DNA of 64,000 nucleotides, from positions 9,269 to 73,268 of the forward strand of contig NZCW01000007.1 in assembly GCA_002688435.1 (NCBI GenBank). The letters are read 5' to 3'. The notes below the pieces were generated by a model that was given only the letters and a program-made list of their open reading frames with translations, did not search any database and was not told where the DNA came from. Below are positions 57,751 to 64,000 of the stretch, piece by piece. Source of the stretch: Dehalococcoidales bacterium. GTDB taxonomy: Bacteria > Chloroflexota > Dehalococcoidia > Dehalococcoidales > RBG-16-60-22. Made by a program: the position numbers and the translations under genes. Positions within the stretch are counted from its first letter, which is position 1. Each line of letters starts with the position of its first letter.

Positions 57751-57889
57751 ATTCTCCCAGCGTGTTTCCGGCCGGATTCCGGCCGGTTATCCTGTAGTTT
57801 GGCTTCCTCCGGTGAGAGATAATGAAATTATTGATGGAAGGAAGAAAAACCCGCTTTCCCGGGCGCCGCACTGAAGCTATCGGTTGGGA

Positions 57890-58111
57890 TTAGTACTCGA
57901 TAACCGCGATAGTATCCCCCGGTTTCACCGTCTGATCCACCTTAATCCCTATCTGGGTCACGGTGCCGACGGTCGGGGACAGTATCGGGTTCTCCATCTT
58001 CATGGACTCCAACAGGCAGATGACATCCCCTTCTTTAACTTCGTCTCCTTCTTTCACATTCACACTGAGAATCTTACCGGTTATGGGGACTTCCACCGTC
58101 TCTTGTGCCAA
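57890..58111 (-). CDS. Biotin carboxyl carrier (biotinyl domain) protein
   Basis: 73 aa with the biotinylation motif LESMKMEN. Confidence 0.9.
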   Translation of the reverse strand: MAQETVEVPITGKILSVNVKEGDEVKEGDVICLLESMKMENPILSPTVGTVTQIGIKVDQTVKPGDTIAVIEY

Positions 58112-58242
58112 GCTCAGGCTCCTCTCTTTACTTTGTTTCTTCCATCAAACGGCTTCTGGTTAACTAAAAAGGGCGGCTGGCTACCTCTTCCAGTTTCCTC
58201 CCCCCTATATTACCGGGAAAACAGCGTGTCCGCCACTACTGG

Positions 58243-60717
58243 CTATTTATCATCTCCCAGTAAGGCGCCTACCGTGGAGGGGTGGACGACAATTTCTTCT
58301 CCTTCCAGGTCGACGATAACCGTATCCCCGGACTGGAATTTGCCGCGGAGCAAGTCTTCAGAAAGCCTGTCCTCTATCATATCCTGAATCACCCGGCGTA
58401 GCGGCCGCGCTCCGAAGACTTCATCATAGCCCTTTTCCCCCAGGAAGTCTTTGGCGGCTTCGGTGACCTCCAGCTTTATTTCCTTCTCTTTCAGCTGTTG
58501 GGTGACCGAGGTCAGCATCAGGTCGGCTATTTGTCGAATTTGTTCTTTGCTCAGAGCGTGGAAGACCACTACCCCATCAACCCGGTTTAGAAACTCAGGA
58601 CGGAAGGTCTTTTTCAGTTCGTTTAGCAGGTTCTCCTTCATCTTGTCGTAGGCCTGCTCTCGCGTCTTGGACTCGTCGCTGTGCGAGGTAAAGCCAATGT
58701 TGGTCCCTTTCCGGATAAGGTCAGCTCCCACGTTACTGGTCATGATAATGATGCTGTTGCGGAAGTCAACCCGGCGTCCCTTGGCGTCGGTCAGGTGCCC
58801 GTCATCAAATATCTGGAGCAGCAGGTTAAACACATCGGGGTGGGCTTTTTCAATCTCGTCAAGGAGTATGCAGCAATACGATTTGCGCCTCACCGCCTCG
58901 GTCAGCTGCCCGCCTTCCTCGTAGCCGACGTATCCTGGGGGCGCTCCGACCAAACGGGAGACGGCGAATTTTTCCATGAACTCGGACATGTCAAATCTTA
59001 TCAGGGTGTCCTCGGCACCGAACATAAACTCGGCCAAAGCCCTGACAAGCTCGGTCTTACCGACGCCGGTGGGGCCGAGGAAAATGAAGTTGCCGATGGG
59101 ACGTCTCGGGTCTTTCAGTCCGGCCCGGGCTCTTCGGATGGCTTTGGCAATAGAATTAATCGCCTCGTCCTGTCCGATGATGCGCTCGTGTATCACCTCT
59201 TCCATATTAAGCAGCCGGCTGGTTTCATCACCGGCCAGTTGCACCACCGGGATGCTGGTCCACATACCCACCACTTCGGCGATATCTTCGGCACTGACTA
59301 CCGGCTTCTCCTGCCCTTGTTCCGCCCGCCATTCCTCTTCCATCTTCTTTATTTGCTCTTTGCTTTGTAGTTCCTGCTCCCGTAGTTCCGCAGCACGGTC
59401 ATACTGCTGCGTGGCCAAGGCGGCATCCTTGTCCTTACGTACGTTGTCGACCAGCCGCTTGGCTTCTTTTAACGTGAGGGGTATGGTCTGGTATTTAATC
59501 CTGACCCGGGATGAGGCCTCGTCCACTAGGTCAATCGCCTTATCGGGTAGAAAGCGGTCGGGGACATACCTGGCGGCTAGTAAGGTTGCCGAGTTTAATG
59601 CTTCATCGCTTATAGTGAGCTGGTGGTGTTCTTCATAGCGCTCTTTGATTCCCTTCAGGATGTCAAGCGTTTCGTCTACGGAGGGCTCATCCACCAGAAC
59701 TGGTTGGAAACGCCGCTCCAGGGCGGCGTCCCGCTCCACGTATTTACGGTAATCGTTAAGGGTGGTGGCGCCGATACACTGTAGTTCCCCCCGTGATAGC
59801 GACGGTTTAAGGATGTTTGCCGCGTCAACCGCGCCCTCGGCCGCGCCGGCCCCGACCATGGTGTGGAACTCATCGATGAAAAGCACGCAGTTTCCCGCTA
59901 CCTTTATCTCTTCAATGACTTTCTTGACCCGTTCTTCGAACTCTCCCCGGTATTTTGTCCCGGCGACTAGTGAACCCATGTCCAGTGCAACCAGCCGTTT
60001 TTCTTCTAGTGTCGCTGGTACATCACTGGCCACGATGCGGTGTGCTAGGCCTTCTACGATAGCCGTCTTGCCCACGCCCGGTTCACCGATGAGCGCCGGA
60101 TTGTTCTTGGTCCGGCGACTGAGTATCTGGATTACCCGCTCAATTTCTTTTACCCGTCCGATAACCGGGTCTAGTTTACCCGCCCGGGCGGCCGCCGTCA
60201 GGTCAACGCCCAACTGGTCCAGGGCAGGGGTACGGCTGGTACTGCGTGCCGGCGGCCTTGACCGGGATGTGCTCTGGCTGAGGACATGGGTCGTCTCGGC
60301 GCGTGCCCGTTCCATGGTAACCCCCAAGCTGTCCAATGCGTTCGCAGCCACTCCCTCCCCCCCGCGTAACAGCCCCAGCAGGAGATGTTCCGTGCCAATG
60401 TAGCTATGACCAAGCTGGCGCGCTTCATCTATGGCCAGCTCAATCACCCGCTTGGCCCGGGGAGTAAGCCCGCCGCTCTCGTCGGTGCCCGGGTTCTCAC
60501 CGCGTCCGCTGGTAAATTCCACCGCCGAGCGTATCTTACTCAGACTGATACCCAGGTTAGCCAGTACCTGGGCGGCCACTCCCCCTTCTTCGCGCACTAG
60601 GCCGAGCAGGACGTGTTCCGTACCGATATAGCTGTGGTTAAGCTTCTTGGCTTCTTCTTGGGCGGTGGTTAGCACCCGGCGTGCTCGCTCTGAGAATTTC
60701 TCAAATCGACTGGCCAT
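58243..60717 (-). CDS. clpC: ATP-dependent Clp protease ATP-binding subunit ClpC
   Basis: I prefer the ATG at 60717 ([15 protein letters not shown]...) after GGGGAGG. The track's longer start at 60822 would overlap the 5S rRNA. Double Clp_N repeat, two AAA+ modules, UVR-like linker. Confidence 0.95.
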   Translation of the reverse strand: MASRFEKFSERARRVLTTAQEEAKKLNHSYIGTEHVLLGLVREEGGVAAQVLANLGISLSKIRSAVEFTSGRGENPGTDESGGLTPRAKRVIELAIDEARQLGHSYIGTEHLLLGLLRGGEGVAANALDSLGVTMERARAETTHVLSQSTSRSRPPARSTSRTPALDQLGVDLTAAARAGKLDPVIGRVKEIERVIQILSRRTKNNPALIGEPGVGKTAIVEGLAHRIVASDVPATLEEKRLVALDMGSLVAGTKYRGEFEERVKKVIEEIKVAGNCVLFIDEFHTMVGAGAAEGAVDAANILKPSLSRGELQCIGATTLNDYRKYVERDAALERRFQPVLVDEPSVDETLDILKGIKERYEEHHQLTISDEALNSATLLAARYVPDRFLPDKAIDLVDEASSRVRIKYQTIPLTLKEAKRLVDNVRKDKDAALATQQYDRAAELREQELQSKEQIKKMEEEWRAEQGQEKPVVSAEDIAEVVGMWTSIPVVQLAGDETSRLLNMEEVIHERIIGQDEAINSIAKAIRRARAGLKDPRRPIGNFIFLGPTGVGKTELVRALAEFMFGAEDTLIRFDMSEFMEKFAVSRLVGAPPGYVGYEEGGQLTEAVRRKSYCCILLDEIEKAHPDVFNLLLQIFDDGHLTDAKGRRVDFRNSIIIMTSNVGADLIRKGTNIGFTSHSDESKTREQAYDKMKENLLNELKKTFRPEFLNRVDGVVVFHALSKEQIRQIADLMLTSVTQQLKEKEIKLEVTEAAKDFLGEKGYDEVFGARPLRRVIQDMIEDRLSEDLLRGKFQSGDTVIVDLEGEEIVVHPSTVGALLGDDK

Positions 60718-60793
60718 TTTCCTCCCCGTGATTATCTGTCCCGCTATGGGTGTTACTCTTAATAGTATAGAGTAATCGCCGGTAAAAAGTAAA

Positions 60794-60918
60794 GCCTCTT
60801 GGCAGTGGCATATTTTCCACAAGGAGTCACCCCCTAAGTATCGTCTGCGCTAGGGCGTTTCACTTCCGTATTCGGGATGGGAACGGGTGGTGCCACCCCG
60901 CTCTAACCACCAAGAGGC
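60794..60918 (-). rRNA. rrf: 5S ribosomal RNA (orphan, not next to a 23S gene)
   Basis: The minus strand reads GCCTCTTGGTGG...CACCCGTTCCCATCCCGAATACGGAAGTGAAAC...CCACTGCCAAGAGGC. It has the conserved 5S core and a 9-bp helix I pairing GCCTCTTGG/CCAAGAGGC. Confidence 0.85.
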
Positions 60919-60959
60919 CATTTTTAGCGGTGTCTAGTGTATTGTTAAAGTCCGCGTTT

Positions 60960-60988
60960 ATCATAGCATATGCGAGCTAAAAGTGCAA
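60960..60988 (-). promoter_or_regulatory. Putative promoter of the 5S rRNA gene
   Basis: Minus strand: TTGCAC (60988-60983), a 17-nt spacer, TATGAT (60965-60960), about 40 nt upstream of the 5S 5' end. Confidence 0.5.
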
Positions 60989-61205
60989 GTACTATTTTGA
61001 TGTGCCACTCCGTTCCGGGCAAAGCCATTTTCCCGAAAAAGTAACAACAGCCAAAGAATCTACTCTCTCTTGACAACTGGTTGGGACAAGTGATAGTGTA
61101 GGGGGTGAGAATTTCCGCTGATGTTAGCCTGTAACTGGCTACCGCTGGACTGATGACGGTGACGATGAGGTTTAAAGGGTAGCTTTATTAAAATAATCTG
61201 TTGAG

Positions 61206-61493
61206 GTGGTAATAGTGGAAATAGAACTGATTCATATCGGATTCGGTAATATTCTGGCCATGAATAGGGTTATTGCCATGGCTGCACCGAACTCGGCGCC
61301 CACTAAACGCACCATTCAGGAAGGGAGAAACAAGGGACTATTAATTGATATGACCAACGGCCGAAGGACCAAAGTGGTCATCTTTATTGATAGCGGACAT
61401 ATTATTCTCGCCGCGCTTGCCCCGGAAACTATCGCCGGCCGACGGCAGGCACGGATAAGCTCAGGACCAAGACTGGACGTAAGCGATGAATAA
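61206..61493 (+). CDS. remA: RemA/DUF370 family regulator
   Basis: GTG start (61206, or 61215). ...[53 protein letters not shown]... is a typical RemA. Confidence 0.88.
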   Translation: MVIVEIELIHIGFGNILAMNRVIAMAAPNSAPTKRTIQEGRNKGLLIDMTNGRRTKVVIFIDSGHIILAALAPETIAGRRQARISSGPRLDVSDE

Positions 61494-61495
61494 GG

Positions 61496-62128
61496 ATGAG
61501 CCGTAAACATCAGCTCTCCCCCATCCCCACCGCTGGACCGTTGCTCCTAGTTCTCTCCGGTCCTTCTGGAGTGGGTAAAGATGCCGTTTTAAGTCGGATG
61601 AGAGAACGGGACTGTTCCTTTGTCTATGTTATCACGGTAACCACGCGGGCGCAGCGGGTCGGAGAGAGAGATAACATCGACTACCGCTTTGTTTCCTCGG
61701 AAAAGTTCCAGGAGATGATTGACCACGGTGAGTTCCTAGAATGGGCTAACGTCTATGGTAACCACTACGGCGTGCCCCGGAAGTCGGTAAAGCAGGCACT
61801 GGACAGTGGCCGGGATACCGTCGTCAAGGTTGACGTTCAGGGTGCCGCCGCCATTAAGAAAATTCTGCCTCAGGCGGTACTTATCTTCCTGATGTCGTCC
61901 TCAGTAGAAGAGCTTATGCTGAGGTTAAAGCAGCGCCGTACCGAGTCGTCCTTTGACTTGGCCCTGCGTTCCGAAACCGCTAGGAAGGAGATAGAACAGC
62001 TGTCCTCGTTTGACTATGCCGTCTATAACTGGCAGGACGAAGTTGACCGGGCGGTCTCGGAAGTTGCTATGATTGTGGCCGCGGAGAAGTGCCGGGTAAC
62101 CTCCAGAGAAACCTCTTTACCGGACTAA
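61496..62128 (+). CDS. gmk: Guanylate kinase
   Basis: 210 aa. P-loop GPSGVGK, plus ...YGNHYGVP... Confidence 0.93.
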   Translation: MSRKHQLSPIPTAGPLLLVLSGPSGVGKDAVLSRMRERDCSFVYVITVTTRAQRVGERDNIDYRFVSSEKFQEMIDHGEFLEWANVYGNHYGVPRKSVKQALDSGRDTVVKVDVQGAAAIKKILPQAVLIFLMSSSVEELMLRLKQRRTESSFDLALRSETARKEIEQLSSFDYAVYNWQDEVDRAVSEVAMIVAAEKCRVTSRETSLPD

Positions 62129-63144
62129 AAGACTAGTTTAAGCAGTAGGGTAAAGAGATAGCCCAGCGCGCCGCAGATGGGGAAGGTTAGTATCCAGGCG
62201 GTGACGATGTTGCTGGCGAGGCTCCAGCGTACCGCGGAAAACCGATGGGTGGCCCCCACCCCCATCACCGAGGTGCTGACGCAGTGGGTGGTGCTTACCG
62301 GGACGCCGAAGTGTGAGGCCGTCTCAATAACGCTGGCGGCGGCAACATGGGTGGCAAAACCGTGAACCGGTCTCAGGCTCGTCATCCTCATGCCCACGGT
62401 TTTTATTACCCGCCAGCCCCCCATCGCCATACCGGAACTGATGGCGGCCGCGGAAATGACAATTACCCACCACAGGTCTGGATTAAGTAGTGAGAGGCGG
62501 TCCCAGATGCCCACGTCATTATAATAAATCACCAGCGCCATGGTGATGACGCCGATAGGCATCTGCCCATCATTCTTGCCGTGACTGTAAGCCATAAAGG
62601 CGGTGCTCAAGAACTGTCCCCGACTGAATAAGCGGCGCATTCTGTCCGGGGCGATGTTCCGAAAAGACCAGTATATGCCGAGCATAATGATAAAGCCGCC
62701 AATAAAGCCGAGGGTAGGGGCGATGACCACCGCTGCCAGAACGCGCTGCATCACGCTCCAGACCACGGCGGCACTACCCGCTGCGGCCATACCGGCCGCA
62801 GCCAGCCCGGCAATAAACCCGTGATGGATACTTATGGGTAGACCGGCCTTGGTCGCCAGCGTTCCCCAGACGATGATGGAGGCTAAAGCGGCAATGAGGG
62901 TGGGATAGGAAATTACTTCCTGGATGAGGATTCCCTTGCCGATGGTATGGGCCACCGCCGTGCCGGTGGCCGCGCCGGCGAAGTTGGCGATAACGGCCAC
63001 GATAATGGCATTTCTCGGGGAAAGGGCCCGGGTACCGATGGCAGCGGCGATAGCATTGGCCGCGTCATTAAAGCCGTTAACTACGCCAAAGCCAATGGCC
63101 AGAACAATAACCAAGATGAGGAGTCCGAAGGAAGAATCAGGCAT
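62125..63144 (-). CDS. pitA: Inorganic phosphate transporter, PiT family
   Basis: 339-aa polytopic protein. GFNDAANAIA and HGKNDGQ signature regions. Confidence 0.9.
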   Translation of the reverse strand: MPDSSFGLLILVIVLAIGFGVVNGFNDAANAIAAAIGTRALSPRNAIIVAVIANFAGAATGTAVAHTIGKGILIQEVISYPTLIAALASIIVWGTLATKAGLPISIHHGFIAGLAAAGMAAAGSAAVVWSVMQRVLAAVVIAPTLGFIGGFIIMLGIYWSFRNIAPDRMRRLFSRGQFLSTAFMAYSHGKNDGQMPIGVITMALVIYYNDVGIWDRLSLLNPDLWWVIVISAAAISSGMAMGGWRVIKTVGMRMTSLRPVHGFATHVAAASVIETASHFGVPVSTTHCVSTSVMGVGATHRFSAVRWSLASNIVTAWILTFPICGALGYLFTLLLKLVF

Positions 63145-63766
63145 GCTTGAGCGCTACCCCTTCAAGGACGTTGGCCACATCCTCGCAGCTATCAGTTGCG
63201 CTCTCCATATGTTCGTAAATCTCGCGCCATTTAATCACCTGAGCCATGTCAATACCATCATCAAAGAGCTCGGCCATCGCCGCGCGAAATACCCGGTCGG
63301 CCATATTCTCCAGCCGGTTAATCTCCACGCACCGGTCTAGAATCCGCTTCAGGTCAGCGTGGCGGCGCAGTCCGTGGACTGCCTTTTCCACCTCGGCCGT
63401 CGCCTGCACGATAATATTGGCTAGCTCTTTAGACCTAGGTGTGGGCTCGTTTATCTTGTAGATAAGCATGGCGTCCGCCGCGGCGTGAATAAAGTCGGTC
63501 ACGTCATCCATGGTATGGGCGAGGATGGCCATGTCCTCTCTATCAAAGGGGGTGACGAAAGTGCGGTGTAGCTGGGCGACAATCTGGTGGGTAATGGTGT
63601 CTCCGGCGTGCTCCAGCCCCGTTATTTCGGCGACTCTACCCTCTACCGGTTCCAAAGAGTCAAGCATCTCTCTCAGGGTTTGAGACGTCTTTAACATGTT
63701 GCGGGCGCTTTCCTCGAAGAGGTGAAAAAATTTGCTCTCCCGGGGAATAAGGGAAAATTTAACCAT
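63137..63766 (-). CDS. DUF47/PhoU-like protein associated with PiT transporters
   Basis: I prefer the ATG at 63766 (MVKFSLIPRESKFFHLFEE...) after AGGAGG. It overlaps the pit start by 8 nt. Confidence 0.85.
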   Translation of the reverse strand: MVKFSLIPRESKFFHLFEESARNMLKTSQTLREMLDSLEPVEGRVAEITGLEHAGDTITHQIVAQLHRTFVTPFDREDMAILAHTMDDVTDFIHAAADAMLIYKINEPTPRSKELANIIVQATAEVEKAVHGLRRHADLKRILDRCVEINRLENMADRVFRAAMAELFDDGIDMAQVIKWREIYEHMESATDSCEDVANVLEGVALKHA

Positions 63767-63964
63767 ACTTGATCCTCCTAGGCGGACCCTTCTCTCGGAA
63801 GGACTGGTGCTGGACACACTTAACCAGGGGATTAATAGATGAGGAAGTGTTGTCAGTCAAAAAGAAAACAGTGGCGGAAAGCCAATGCGAGACACCATAC
63901 TCTTCCGAATACCTATGCATTAAAGAAAGCACTCCGGAGAACTTCAAAACTCATCCTCACTACG

Positions 63965-63993
63965 AGTTTAGATAAGTTACCATTGGTTGTCAA
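63965..63993 (-). promoter_or_regulatory. Putative promoter of the DUF47-pit operon
   Basis: Minus strand: TTGACA (63993-63988), a 17-nt spacer, TAAACT (63970-63965). Confidence 0.45.
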
Positions 63994-64000
63994 GGTGTTT

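Noticed and set aside
60718-60822. N-terminal 35-aa extension of clpC in the ORF track (MWKICHCQEALLF...).
   Set aside because: It overlaps the 5S rRNA gene and lacks an RBS. The conserved ClpC N-terminus starts at [10 protein letters not shown], which has a GGGGAGG RBS.

Overview
The window is mostly housekeeping genes around a chromosomal replication origin. It comes from a compact bacterial genome that I estimate by eye at mid-50s %GC. The dnaA-obg-nadD order, an unlinked 5S rRNA, a tungsten-type aldehyde:ferredoxin oxidoreductase, corrinoid methyl-transfer genes and frequent GTG/TTG starts remind me of Dehalococcoidia (Chloroflexota). That is an impression from reading, not a search result. 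Recognisable genes: pyrR-pyrB-pyrC-(carB relic)-pyrK, rpsT, relA/spoT, aor plus three beta-grasp genes, hisS, CIRCE-hrcA-grpE-dnaK, a radical SAM gene, gyrA, aspartate kinase, an ApgM-like gene, tRNA-Pro, mazG, fmt, dnaA, obg, nadD, a MeTr-RACo-DUF1638 cluster, panB, parA plus a small partner, tRNA-Ala, gatB, secG, ispD-ispF-cysS, queF, radA, Na+-decarboxylase beta/gamma/biotin-carrier genes, clpC, 5S rRNA, remA-gmk and a DUF47-pit operon. No complete known defence system, CRISPR array, prophage or transposase gene is visible. Observations that merit a second look: (1) two nested transposase-less inverted-repeat elements with target-site duplications at 40.08-40.41 kb, one of which has a ~96% identical half-copy 39.7 kb away; (2) an origin-proximal ParA with a small ribbon-helix-helix-like partner and GCGTAATT iterons filling its promoter spacer; (3) a low-GC four-gene islet abutting the 3' end of tRNA-Ala; (4) a dispersed MetH-like set of corrinoid methyl-transfer modules with no corrinoid carrier in view; (5) an uncharacterised, translationally coupled Fe-S two-gene module; (6) a long structured panB leader; (7) several gene relics and stop-interrupted genes, including a carB C-terminal fossil inside the pyr operon.
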